64,000 nt of DNA from Nanobdellota archaeon (lineage in GTDB: Archaea; Nanobdellota; Nanobdellia; Pacearchaeales; GW2011-AR1). Within the stretch, counting starts at the first letter, position 1. The number at the start of each line of letters is the position of its first letter. A model generated the notes under the pieces. The model was not told where the DNA came from. It worked only from the letters and a program-made list of their open reading frames with translations, and ran no database searches. Shown piece by piece: positions 28,624-37,220 of this stretch. The translations under genes were made by a program, and so were the position numbers. The stretch covers positions 3,675 to 67,674 of the forward strand of contig JBDRNV010000009.1 in assembly GCA_043810695.1 (NCBI GenBank), written 5' to 3'.

Positions 28624-29040
28624 TTATATTTGTTCCTCACTTATAACATTTATACCATATCTTTTTAATAAAGTAGTTGTGACACCGTCTCCTTCAATTA
28701 TGATTCCTGAAAAAGTTCCGTCATAAATTTGTCCAGAACCACAAGAAGGACTTCTCTGTTTTAAAATTGTTTCTTTAATTCCATATAATTGAGCAATTTT
28801 TAATGTTTCTTCTGCTCCTCTATTAAAATTATCTGTAACATCATCGCCTGTTCTTGAAATTACTCTTATTGCTTTTTGTTCTGAAGGAATTCTTGGAGTT
28901 GATAATCCTCCTAATTGTTCAGGGCAGACAGGAATTAATACTTCAGTTTCTAAAAGTTTTAAGATTTTCTCATTTGGTTTACTCGTGCAATCATATCTAC
29001 ATTTTATTCCAAGCAAACACGCACTTACTAATCTTATCAT
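28624..29040 (-). CDS. DUF523-family protein inserted in the r-protein operon
   Basis: LVSACLLGIKCRYDC...LIPVCPEQLGGLSTPR...SPSCGSG is the DUF523 pattern. The start MIRLVSA at 29040 abuts the rpl30 stop at 29042. Confidence 0.7.
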   Translation of the reverse strand: MIRLVSACLLGIKCRYDCTSKPNEKILKLLETEVLIPVCPEQLGGLSTPRIPSEQKAIRVISRTGDDVTDNFNRGAEETLKIAQLYGIKETILKQRSPSCGSGQIYDGTFSGIIIEGDGVTTTLLKRYGINVISEEQI

Positions 29041-29041
29041 T

Positions 29042-29458
29042 TTATAACATCCTCTCAATTAATTTATTTATTTCATTTCCATTATCCCCCAAAACTCCTT
29101 TTGGAAAATGCATTTTGCTTTTTATTCCCCTCCTTGGGGGATGCAGTCGAAAAAAAGGCTTTAGATTAAGGTCGGAGAGTTTTTCCCCCTTTTCTAATTC
29201 TTCAGCAACTTTTTTTGCATCAATTTTCTTTTTTTTGTCAATAACCTGTCCTCTTTTTTCTATTAATTTTTCAAGGGTAGATTTTGATATCTCTCCAAAT
29301 GCAATAAAATCCCTCATTTTTTTTATCATACCACTCTGTTCTTTATTTGGATTAATGACTATACAAGAATACTTTCTTCTTAATCTTAATCTGCTCAGAG
29401 TTTCTTTTACTTTTTCATCCACATTCACTTCCCCCCGAATTCTTATTATACAAATCAT
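29042..29458 (-). CDS. rpl30: ribosomal protein uL30
   Basis: IIRIRGEVNVDEKVKETLSRLRLRRKYSCVI-type N-terminus. Operon position fits. Confidence 0.9.
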   Translation of the reverse strand: MICIIRIRGEVNVDEKVKETLSRLRLRRKYSCIVINPNKEQSGMIKKMRDFIAFGEISKSTLEKLIEKRGQVIDKKKKIDAKKVAEELEKGEKLSDLNLKPFFRLHPPRRGIKSKMHFPKGVLGDNGNEINKLIERML

Positions 29459-30354
29459 TTTATTTTTACATTGGTTTTTTTTAATGCATTAAAGCATGCC
29501 TTAATGAAATTAAATGTCGTTCGTCTTTTTCCGAATGTTTTACTATAAATATCTTTTATTCCTGCAAGTTTTAGTATTTTTTTAAGTTCTCCACCAGCTA
29601 CTAAACCTGTTCCTTGCGGTGCGGGAATTAATATTACTCTTGAGCTTCCCTCTTTTCCTTTAACTTTAAAGGGAATTGTATGAAGTTCTGAACATGAACA
29701 ATCAAAACTAGAACATCCTCTTTTAATCTTTATAATATTTAGTTTTGCTTTTCTTATTGCTTTATCTCTTGCAGGAAGTGTTTCTTTTGCTTTTCCTATT
29801 CCAACACCAATATGTCCATTTTCATCTCCAACAACAGCCATAGATGAAAAAGTAGGTATATTTTTTGCTTCTGTTTTTTTCTGTGTTTGTCTCCATGCTC
29901 TTCTTTTTCCTCCGCCGAACTTTCCTTTTGCCTGCCCTATTAAAATAAGATCAATTTTTAAATTCAAAAGTGAATCCACTATTTGTTCTTCTAGGATTTT
30001 TTTGTTAGAATCAAAAATTTCATCTATATTAGTTATTTTCCCATTTTTAACTTCTGCTCCAAGTTTTGTTTTTGGTTCCCATGTAGAAATTGTCTCTTCT
30101 CTTTTTTTTGCAGCAAACAATTCCCTTTCTTTGTCTTTTTCATTTTTAATATCTATTTTTTCAATGATTTCTATTTCTTCTTTTTTTTCAACAATTTCTT
30201 TTTTTAATTCTTCTTCAAGTTCTTCTACTAATAACTCTTTTGTAATTTTACTGCTCTCTTTAGCTGTCTCTTCAGCCTTTTCTTCTGAAAGAGTTTTATG
30301 AGCTTTTGCTGTTTTTTTCAAATTTTCTAATTCTGATTTTTTTGAGTCTTTCAT
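29455..30354 (-). CDS. rps5: ribosomal protein uS5 with a K/E-rich N-terminal extension of about 90 aa
   Basis: Core motifs: WEPKTKLG, LILIGQAKGKFGGGKRRAWR, VVGDENGHIGVGIGKAKE. No internal Met exists that would remove the extension. Confidence 0.9.
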   Translation of the reverse strand: MKDSKKSELENLKKTAKAHKTLSEEKAEETAKESSKITKELLVEELEEELKKEIVEKKEEIEIIEKIDIKNEKDKERELFAAKKREETISTWEPKTKLGAEVKNGKITNIDEIFDSNKKILEEQIVDSLLNLKIDLILIGQAKGKFGGGKRRAWRQTQKKTEAKNIPTFSSMAVVGDENGHIGVGIGKAKETLPARDKAIRKAKLNIIKIKRGCSSFDCSCSELHTIPFKVKGKEGSSRVILIPAPQGTGLVAGGELKKILKLAGIKDIYSKTFGKRRTTFNFIKACFNALKKTNVKIK

Positions 30355-30357
30355 TTT

Positions 30358-30852
30358 TTAGGCTTTTTGTATTTTTGATTTAATTTCATTAAATATTTTT
30401 GAAAAATCATTTTTTAGATGTTTTCCTTTTATTCTTTCTTCATCGGGAAAAAATTCCTTTTTACATTCTAATCGAATCCCTGCATCTTTTAAACCTTTTA
30501 AGAAAGCGAAAAATCGATTTTTATGGACTATTTTGTTCATCCCAGAATCAGCAACAGGTTTTTTCATCTTATTTTTGATAATTTTTTGTCCGATTAATAA
30601 CCCTGTAAGATAGCAGGCAGGAATTGTTTTAAGACTTCCTTTAAATTCTTTTGGCCACCCATATTCAAGAAGATTCATTGATGTTACCCCTTCTTCAATT
30701 TTATCCTGAGCCTCTCTGCTTGTAATATACTGGGCAATAATATATTTGTTGGTTTTTCTAAAAACAATTCTAGGTGAATTGCTCTTGAGCAGATTAATCC
30801 TTTTTGAATAGTCTGTCTTGTTTTCTTTTCTTCTTTTCTTTAGTGTTTTCAT
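30358..30852 (-). CDS. rpl18: ribosomal protein uL18
   Basis: RRKENKTDYSKRINLLKSNSPRIVFRKTNKYIIAQ. Operon position fits. Confidence 0.9.
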   Translation of the reverse strand: MKTLKKRRKENKTDYSKRINLLKSNSPRIVFRKTNKYIIAQYITSREAQDKIEEGVTSMNLLEYGWPKEFKGSLKTIPACYLTGLLIGQKIIKNKMKKPVADSGMNKIVHKNRFFAFLKGLKDAGIRLECKKEFFPDEERIKGKHLKNDFSKIFNEIKSKIQKA

Positions 30853-31268
30853 TTGACATACCCCCTATTTTTTACTCCTTCTATTTGTTCTCTAAGCTGC
30901 ATTTTATTTTTGAATGTTTTATTTCTTATTTTTTTCCTTATATCTTTTAAATTAACATTTGATATTTTTTCCTGTTTTTTCATATCCAGAATATATCTTC
31001 TAAGCTTTCTTGTAAGAATTACATAATCTTTTTTTCTTTTCTTTATTTTTTTCCTTATATTTCCCGTGCTTCTATTTCTCTTTTTAATTATTTTCTTTCT
31101 TCCAATTTTTTCTTTTATTATTATTGCTCCATCTTTATATAAATCTCTTATATCTTGTTTTGTAATTGCTTCTTTAATATCTTCAAGTCTTGAGTCAACA
31201 AAGACTATCCTGCTTTTTCCAATACCAAAAGTTCTTTCAGCAAGTTTTTTCTTTTTGTTTAGATTCAT
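30849..31268 (-). CDS. rpl19e: ribosomal protein eL19
   Basis: KKKLAERTFGIGKSRIVF at the N-terminus, followed by basic helices. Operon position fits. Confidence 0.9.
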   Translation of the reverse strand: MNLNKKKKLAERTFGIGKSRIVFVDSRLEDIKEAITKQDIRDLYKDGAIIIKEKIGRKKIIKKRNRSTGNIRKKIKKRKKDYVILTRKLRRYILDMKKQEKISNVNLKDIRKKIRNKTFKNKMQLREQIEGVKNRGYVK

Positions 31269-31660
31269 TTTTTCTTTAACTCTTCAGATTTATTTTTAAT
31301 TGAAGATTCTTTCTTCTCTAATTTTTTCAAAAATTTTTCTACATTAACATTTTGAATAGAAATTTTCATTTCTAATGCTTTTTTCAACACCTCAATTTTT
31401 TTCTTTTTGCCTATTTTTCCCACAACCACAATTTCATTCTTCTGGAGATTATTTAAATCATTAAGATTAGAGATAATTTTTATTTTTTTTCTTTCATTAC
31501 TCTTTTTTTTATAGCCTACACTGACAACCACAGGATAGCCTCTTCTTTTCTCTCTCATCTTGTTATCTCTTCCCTTTGGCTTTCTCCATTTCTGCTTCTT
31601 TTTTCTTCCTTTTCCTAATTTAGGATATCTGCTCCATATTCTTCTTAAAAATCTCGTCAT
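31265..31660 (-). CDS. rpl32e: ribosomal protein eL32
   Basis: WSRYPKLGKGRKKKQKWRKPKGRDNKMR. Operon position fits. Confidence 0.9.
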   Translation of the reverse strand: MTRFLRRIWSRYPKLGKGRKKKQKWRKPKGRDNKMREKRRGYPVVVSVGYKKKSNERKKIKIISNLNDLNNLQKNEIVVVGKIGKKKKIEVLKKALEMKISIQNVNVEKFLKKLEKKESSIKNKSEELKKK

Positions 31661-32202
31661 TGTATATCCCTCCCCTCTTTATTTATTATAAAAATCCCGT
31701 CCTGGAATATTCTCCTATCTCTTTTTCTTATTTTAGTTATTGTTTCGAAATTTGCAGCGACCTGACCCGCAAGCTCTTTATTCACAGACCTTATTTTAAT
31801 AATCTCTTTATTAATTTCAACATCAACACCTTCTGGAATCCTGGTTTTTCGCGGCATTTTTTCTCCAAGAAAATTTTTAATTAGAACATCTTTACCTTTA
31901 ATCTCTACTGTTATTGGAAAATGATTAAAACAAATCTTAAGATGATATTCAAATTTTTTCTGTACTCCTTTAATCATATTTTGGATATGAGAATTAATTG
32001 TGTTTATAAGCTTCTTTTCTCTTTTTGTAGCCTTTTTATTTCCTAGAACTATTTCATTTCCTTCTTTTTTAAATTCAAGAGGCCCTATGTCAAATCTTCT
32101 TTTAACTTCTCCCTCAGGCCCGCTAATTCTTAATTCCCATCCATCTATTTCCGCTTCAATATTCTTTGGAATTTCTATTTTCTGATAAATTTCTTTTTTC
32201 AT
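31657..32202 (-). CDS. rpl6: ribosomal protein uL6
   Basis: Two-domain L6 pattern (IEIPKNIEAEIDG...; TRIPEGVDVEI). Operon position fits. Confidence 0.9.
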   Translation of the reverse strand: MKKEIYQKIEIPKNIEAEIDGWELRISGPEGEVKRRFDIGPLEFKKEGNEIVLGNKKATKREKKLINTINSHIQNMIKGVQKKFEYHLKICFNHFPITVEIKGKDVLIKNFLGEKMPRKTRIPEGVDVEINKEIIKIRSVNKELAGQVAANFETITKIRKRDRRIFQDGIFIINKEGRDIQ

Positions 32203-32213
32203 TTTCTTAAAAT

Positions 32214-32594
32214 TTAATAAAAGTAAGCTATTAAACTGCCTCCAAGTTTGTTTTTAATTGCTTCATTATGTGACATCAATCCTTTGTTGGTTGAGATAAT
32301 AACTGTTCCGATATCTCTTGCAGGCAGATATCTTCTCTTATATTTCTCAATGCCATCTTTTTTTACAATAAACCTTGGTTTTATTGCCTTACATTCAACA
32401 AAATCTCCTAAAACAATTTCAACAGCTCGTTCCTTGCTTTCAATTTTATATTTTTTTATAGCACCTTCTTGTTTCATTATTTTTAGAATTTCAATTAAAA
32501 GTTTTGAAATTCTTTTTATCTTTACGTCTTTCTTTCTTGCTTTTTTTGCATTCAGCATCATATTCAATGCATCTGCAACACTATCTTGTGACAT
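32214..32594 (-). CDS. rps8: ribosomal protein uS8
   Basis: DSVADALNMMLNAKKA and GGSLIAYFY at the C-terminus. The start MSQDS at 32594 abuts the rps14 stop. Confidence 0.9.
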   Translation of the reverse strand: MSQDSVADALNMMLNAKKARKKDVKIKRISKLLIEILKIMKQEGAIKKYKIESKERAVEIVLGDFVECKAIKPRFIVKKDGIEKYKRRYLPARDIGTVIISTNKGLMSHNEAIKNKLGGSLIAYFY

Positions 32595-32595
32595 T

Positions 32596-32826
32596 TTAGC
32601 TGTATTTTTTGAAGCCAATTTCTTCAGCAATTTCTCTGAAGCATTGTCGGCATAAATTTAATCCGTATGATTTTATATGAGCACCAAATCTTCCACATCT
32701 TTCACATTTTCTTTTTGCAATTCCAGTTTTCCTTTCTTTTGGTTTATTATGCTTTAGAAATTTTTCTGTTTTTTCAGGTTTATTCTTAAGCTGTTTCAAA
32801 ATTTTCCTCCAATCGCTTGCTGTCAT
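32596..32826 (-). CDS. rps14: ribosomal protein uS14 (zinc type) with a longer N-terminus than usual
   Basis: [31 protein letters not shown] lies upstream of the ATG. Confidence 0.9.
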   Translation of the reverse strand: MTASDWRKILKQLKNKPEKTEKFLKHNKPKERKTGIAKRKCERCGRFGAHIKSYGLNLCRQCFREIAEEIGFKKYS

Positions 32827-32877
32827 TTGACATACCTCCTATGGCGAATGAATGAAAATTTTTTATTTACTTTCATT

Positions 32878-33372
32878 TTAAATAAATTTTGTATTAAAAT
32901 TTTCCTCCATAAATTTGATTATTTCTTCTCTTGAAACTTTTTGTTTTTGAGGGATTTTTCCTCTTTTTATTTTTTTTAATTTAACCCTTCTTCCAGCTCT
33001 TTTGAATGTAACTGTAACATCTAGCCCACGAATTCCCATATCCCTCTGATATTCTGTTCCCGGAATTTCGATATATTCTTTTATTCCAAAAGAAAAATTG
33101 TTATCATCCACACTGCTTCTTTTAACTATATTATTTTTTGCTGCCAGCATTTTTTTCAAAAATTCATTTGGTTTTTTTCTTACTGTTACAAAAGCCCCAA
33201 TCTCAAGTTTAGGCCTAATTCCAAGAGCAGGAATTCTTTTTGTAGTTTTCATCTTTGCAGGAATTCTTTTTGTAAGCAATTTTAAAAGATTAAATCCTTT
33301 TTCCAGTTCTTCGCCTATTCCTCCCACACTTAATACGACTTTTTCCATTTTTACATCTCTCATCTTATTCAT
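32878..33372 (-). CDS. rpl5: ribosomal protein uL5
   Basis: MEKVVLSVGGIGE and FGIKEYIEIPG. Operon position fits. Confidence 0.9.
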   Translation of the reverse strand: MNKMRDVKMEKVVLSVGGIGEELEKGFNLLKLLTKRIPAKMKTTKRIPALGIRPKLEIGAFVTVRKKPNEFLKKMLAAKNNIVKRSSVDDNNFSFGIKEYIEIPGTEYQRDMGIRGLDVTVTFKRAGRRVKLKKIKRGKIPQKQKVSREEIIKFMEENFNTKFI

Positions 33373-33373
33373 T

Positions 33374-34021
33374 TTATTTAATTGCCATCAGTTGTTTAAT
33401 TAATACATTAACATGTTTTTTATCAATGTTTACTTCTGCCATTTTTTTATTTTTATCAATCTTAATTAGATTTCCTTTGCTGCCAGCATGTTTCCCAGCG
33501 AATATAAAAACTTCCGTATCTTCTTTTAAGGGTATGCATTTTTCTATCTTTTTTTCATTGAAATTAATAATAACAGAATCATTAATTTTACATTCAATAT
33601 CTGAAAATAAATTTCTCCCATCATCCATATTTAACTGCATTTTCTTTCCTTTTAGCATTTTTTTATTAACTACTTTTATTATTTTGTAATTTGATTCATC
33701 TTCTTTTATTTCTTTCATTCCTATTTTTCCATTATTTAATATCTCTAATCTATAGCTTTTCTTTAAAGGAATAATTTTTAGAGTATCAAATAGAAAAATA
33801 CTATTTTTTTCGTCTCGAACAGGTTTATTATTTACAAAAATATTTTTCAGATGAATTGCTCTTTTTACCTCTTTTCTGTTCTGCGCTAATTTAAGTAAAT
33901 TTCTTAAAACAATTAATATTGGAATCCCTTTTTGAATTCCTGAATTAGGCCTTACTATATATTTTGTTCCTTTTCTGTAAATGGGCCAGCTCTTTGGAGA
34001 TTCTTGTCTTTTAAGGTGCAT
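33374..34021 (-). CDS. rps4e: ribosomal protein eS4
   Basis: MHLKRQESPKSWPI at the N-terminus and a KOW-like C-terminus. Operon position fits. Confidence 0.9.
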   Translation of the reverse strand: MHLKRQESPKSWPIYRKGTKYIVRPNSGIQKGIPILIVLRNLLKLAQNRKEVKRAIHLKNIFVNNKPVRDEKNSIFLFDTLKIIPLKKSYRLEILNNGKIGMKEIKEDESNYKIIKVVNKKMLKGKKMQLNMDDGRNLFSDIECKINDSVIINFNEKKIEKCIPLKEDTEVFIFAGKHAGSKGNLIKIDKNKKMAEVNIDKKHVNVLIKQLMAIK

Positions 34022-34445
34022 TATTATTTACCTCCTTATTTCCAATTTTTTTATTCTGATTTTTTTCATCTTTAATAAAAATTATGTTTCTTTTTCTATC
34101 TTCAAGATTTAGTTCTAAAATTTGAAGATTTGAAGGTTCTAATTTCACGTTTACTTTTGAGCCATCTTGTTTTTTGACTTGAATACCTTCCATTTCAATT
34201 TTTTTTATTTTAAGGTTTACATTGACTATTTTTCCTTTTTTACCTTTAAATTTCCCCCTAAAAATTTTGACTATATCTCCCTTTCTTACAGGTAGAGATC
34301 TTTTTTTGTATTTTTTTCTTAATTCTTTGGATAAATTTGAACTTACCATTTTCTTTTTAATATGAAGCATAGCATTAGCTAGATATTTTCTTTGTTTTCT
34401 TGGTTGTTTGCTTGATTTCCATGAACTACTGAATTTTCTTTTCAT
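34011..34445 (-). CDS. rpl24: ribosomal protein uL24
   Basis: SLPVRKGDIVKIFRGKFKGKKGKI (KOW motif). The start MKRKF at 34445 abuts the rpl14 stop. Confidence 0.9.
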   Translation of the reverse strand: MKRKFSSSWKSSKQPRKQRKYLANAMLHIKKKMVSSNLSKELRKKYKKRSLPVRKGDIVKIFRGKFKGKKGKIVNVNLKIKKIEMEGIQVKKQDGSKVNVKLEPSNLQILELNLEDRKRNIIFIKDEKNQNKKIGNKEVNNNAP

Positions 34446-34446
34446 T

Positions 34447-34848
34447 TTAATAAACAATTGAAGCAATTTTCGCTACAGAAAGCCAACGCTCCATTACCTC
34501 CCTTGCAACAGGCCCCTTAATCTTGGTTCCTTTTGGATTTCCTTTATCATCTTTAAGTATTGCAACAGCATTATCTTCAAATCCAACCCTTTCTCCATCT
34601 TTTCTCCTGTAAAATTTTTTTTGTCTTACTATTATTGCATCAAAAACCTTTCCTTTCATTTCAGGATTTCCTTTTCTTATACTTACTTTTACCATGTCTG
34701 CAACCTTTGCACTTCCCTGCCTTCCTTTTGTACCTTTGCCCCCCTTAACAGATACAAGCCTTGCTATTTTTCCACCACTATTATCTGCTACTATAAGTAA
34801 TGAACCTAAATTTAATCCACGTGATACTTTTGCTGAAACAGCTTTCAT
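34447..34848 (-). CDS. rpl14: ribosomal protein uL14
   Basis: LIVADNSGGK and AIIVRQKK. Operon position fits. Confidence 0.92.
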   Translation of the reverse strand: MKAVSAKVSRGLNLGSLLIVADNSGGKIARLVSVKGGKGTKGRQGSAKVADMVKVSIRKGNPEMKGKVFDAIIVRQKKFYRRKDGERVGFEDNAVAILKDDKGNPKGTKIKGPVAREVMERWLSVAKIASIVY

Positions 34849-35105
34849 TTGATATACCTCTGGATGAAATATCTGTTATTTTCCCTATGAAATTTTCCAG
34901 AATCTTTCTTACCTTTTATGAAAGTAAAGTAGGGGATTAATCTACCATTATTAAAGTGATAATCTACCATTGAAGTTACGGTAACTTCTCCAAATCCAGG
35001 TACATCTAACCTCATAAGATTAACAATTAAATCCCTCCTTGAAAGAATCCCTTCAAGATACTCTATTGTTTTTTCTTTTTTCAATTCTTTTTTATAAATT
35101 TTCAT
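34845..35105 (-). CDS. hypothetical 86-aa protein embedded between rps17 and rpl14
   Basis: Start and stop overlap both neighbours by 4 nt (translational coupling). I recognise no family. Confidence 0.55.
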   Translation of the reverse strand: MKIYKKELKKEKTIEYLEGILSRRDLIVNLMRLDVPGFGEVTVTSMVDYHFNNGRLIPYFTFIKGKKDSGKFHRENNRYFIQRYIK

Positions 35106-35470
35106 TTTCTTTCCTCCTTATCTTTAATTTTTCTTATAACTGCAAAATGTATTATCTTGCTTAAAGGCCTGCATTCTCTTACCTGGACAATATCTCCTAC
35201 CTTTATCTCCTGCCCTATACATGCAGAAAGTCTAGCATGAATTTTTGTTTTTGATTTCGCGTATCTTTCATATTTTCTTATATAAATCATTCTTTCGAAT
35301 TCAACAACAACTCTTCGAGAGAATTTTTTTGTTACAATTCCCTCAAAAAATCTACCTCTAACTTTAAGATTTCCATGGGTGGGACAATCTATATCATTAC
35401 AAGCCTGAATTTTTTCAGGCATAGCTACTACAATCTTTGATTTCTGTTTTTTTGTACTTTCTTCTTTCAT
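35102..35470 (-). CDS. rps17: ribosomal protein uS17
   Basis: CPTHGNLKVRGRFFEGIVTKK and GDIVQVRECRPLSK. Confidence 0.9.
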   Translation of the reverse strand: MKEESTKKQKSKIVVAMPEKIQACNDIDCPTHGNLKVRGRFFEGIVTKKFSRRVVVEFERMIYIRKYERYAKSKTKIHARLSACIGQEIKVGDIVQVRECRPLSKIIHFAVIRKIKDKEERK

Positions 35471-35495
35471 TTTTTCTGTTTTTTTGTGTATGTTT

Positions 35496-35795
35496 TTAAT
35501 CTTCTATGGAATCTTTGTCAAATCCAAGTCTGACCAATATTTCCTTTATCTTCTTTCTATGGTCACCTTGAAGTTCTATTTTATTTTCTTTGTATGTTCC
35601 ACCACAAGCAAGACCATTTTTAAGGTCTTTTGTTACTTGTCTTATATCAATTCCACTTCCGAAGCCAGTAATAATAGTTACCATCTTTCCATATCTTTTC
35701 TTATCTGTCGTTACTCTTATCTTCTGCGAACTTTTTACAATCTGTTCGCATACACAGGCTTGTTTTGGCAAGCCACATTTTGGACATATATCCAT
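35496..35795 (-). CDS. translation initiation factor aSUI1 (eIF1)
   Basis: N-terminal zinc knuckle CPKCGLPKQACVC, then KIRVTTDKKRYGKMVTIITG and LACGGTYKENKIELQGDHR. The start MDICPKC at 35795 abuts the rpl29 stop. Confidence 0.85.
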   Translation of the reverse strand: MDICPKCGLPKQACVCEQIVKSSQKIRVTTDKKRYGKMVTIITGFGSGIDIRQVTKDLKNGLACGGTYKENKIELQGDHRKKIKEILVRLGFDKDSIED

Positions 35796-35796
35796 A

Positions 35797-35973
35797 TTAT
35801 TTTTTGTTGAATGTGAGTAATTTAGCAATTAATTTTTTAATCTCTCTTGTCCTCGAGCCCCCTGTTTTTGAGGTATTTATTTTTGATTTTATAAGTTCCA
35901 TTTTTAATTCTTCAATTCTTTTTTCTCTTTCTTCTTTGCTCATCATTCTTATTTCTTTTGTTTTTATAGCCAT
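35797..35973 (-). CDS. rpl29: ribosomal protein uL29 (58 aa, below the ORF-track size cut-off)
   Basis: Hand translation: MAIKTKEIRMMSKEEREKRIEELKMELIKSKINTSKTGGSRTREIKKLIAKLLTFNKK. Lies between rps3 and sui1 as expected. Confidence 0.85.
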   Translation of the reverse strand: MAIKTKEIRMMSKEEREKRIEELKMELIKSKINTSKTGGSRTREIKKLIAKLLTFNKK

Positions 35974-35976
35974 TTT

Positions 35977-36660
35977 TTATTTTTTACTCCTTGATTTACT
36001 TTGTTTGGGCAGTTTTTCATCCCCCTTCTTTTTTACCTCAATATTTTTTTTAATCTCATCTAAAAGTTTTTCATCAATAATTATATTATCTGTTAAAATA
36101 GCATCTGGTGAAAGTATACTAACTTTTACACCGACTGTTCCAGGCTTTGTTTGTGCTGTTGATTGAGCTCTGTCCACTACTTTTGCGCTTTCTCCTGTTT
36201 TTTTCAAATATCCCTGTGCAAATCTCCATGTTTTTGCTCTTGCTCCAGGAAGTTTTCCACTTAGTCTTATTTCAGTACCAAGAGCTCCAGCTTCCATTAT
36301 TTTTTGCAAAGCCTTATAGGCAATGACTTTAAATTTCAGCGGACCAAATCTTTCAAGGCTTAGAGCAATTTCATCAGCCATTATCTGAGCATCAAACTCT
36401 GGCCTTTTTATTTCATCTATCTCTATGTGGGGGTTTTCAAAATTGAATTTATTCTTTAAAATTCTCGTTAATTCATCTATCTTTTCTCCTCCTCTTCCTA
36501 TTATTAATCCAGGTTTGCTTGTTGCTATAATTATTTTTTCTCCAACCGGAGCATATTCTATTCTTATTTTGCTTACTTTTCCTTTTCCAAGGGATTTTTT
36601 TACATATTCCCGAATAGAAAATTCGTCCTTTTTAAATTTAATAACGCTTTTTTCTTCCAT
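35977..36660 (-). CDS. rps3: ribosomal protein uS3
   Basis: KH domain GLIIGRGGEKIDELTRIL and LSGKLPGARAKTWRF. Confidence 0.92.
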   Translation of the reverse strand: MEEKSVIKFKKDEFSIREYVKKSLGKGKVSKIRIEYAPVGEKIIIATSKPGLIIGRGGEKIDELTRILKNKFNFENPHIEIDEIKRPEFDAQIMADEIALSLERFGPLKFKVIAYKALQKIMEAGALGTEIRLSGKLPGARAKTWRFAQGYLKKTGESAKVVDRAQSTAQTKPGTVGVKVSILSPDAILTDNIIIDEKLLDEIKKNIEVKKKGDEKLPKQSKSRSKK

Positions 36661-36663
36661 TTT

Positions 36664-37218
36664 TTAGTTTCCTTTCTTATTTTTACTTTTAGCGATTAAT
36701 CTTATATGTGTTCTTTTTTTTCTTACTTGTCCAAATTTCCCATAGGGTCTTACACCCATATTTGCAATAGCTTCAGCAATAATCGGGTCTTCTAAGTTGT
36801 TATAAACAGCATTTGCAGATAAACTTTTTAATATCTTTATAAAATTCTCAGAAGCTAACTTCGGAAATCTTCCAGACATCATTCTTTTGCCTTTTCTGTG
36901 CGGAATTTCTCCTTTCATTGGAACTGCTTTTCTTAATTTAATAACCTGCTCAAGATCAACAATTGCATCCGAAATCTTTTTATTTTTTATGAACTTGCAT
37001 ATTGCTATAGAATACTTTGTAGATACAGGAATATTATACGCATTTATAATAGCCTCTGTTTTTTTTGGTTTTTCCTGTTCTTTTTTAGCTGTTTTTTCTT
37101 CTTTTTTTTCTTGTTCTTTTGTTTTAGATATCTCTTCTGATTGATTTCCTTTATTTTCAAGATTTCCAACTACTTTCTTCTCTTCTTCAATAGCTTTTGT
37201 TTGTTCATTTTTTACCAT
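36664..37218 (-). CDS. rpl22: ribosomal protein uL22 with a K/E-rich N-terminal extension of about 55 aa
   Basis: Core: PVSTKYSIAICKFIKNKKISDAI and RMMSGRFP. There is no internal Met before the core. Confidence 0.88.
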   Translation of the reverse strand: MVKNEQTKAIEEEKKVVGNLENKGNQSEEISKTKEQEKKEEKTAKKEQEKPKKTEAIINAYNIPVSTKYSIAICKFIKNKKISDAIVDLEQVIKLRKAVPMKGEIPHRKGKRMMSGRFPKLASENFIKILKSLSANAVYNNLEDPIIAEAIANMGVRPYGKFGQVRKKRTHIRLIAKSKNKKGN

Positions 37219-37220
37219 TT

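Noticed and set aside
28854-29492. 212-aa plus-strand ORF
   Set aside because: Antisense to the DUF523 gene and rpl30. It is a Leu/Phe/Ser-rich translation with no motifs, and the minus-strand genes fit operon order.
30085-30354. GAA/AAA-rich DNA as a tandem repeat or microsatellite
   Set aside because: It is irregular and in frame, encoding K/E-rich protein extensions. It is a compositional effect rather than a true tandem repeat.
34845-35105. Calling the 86-aa ORF RNase P subunit Rpp29
   Set aside because: The position is suggestive, but the sequence lacks the Rpp29 pattern I know. It is left as hypothetical.
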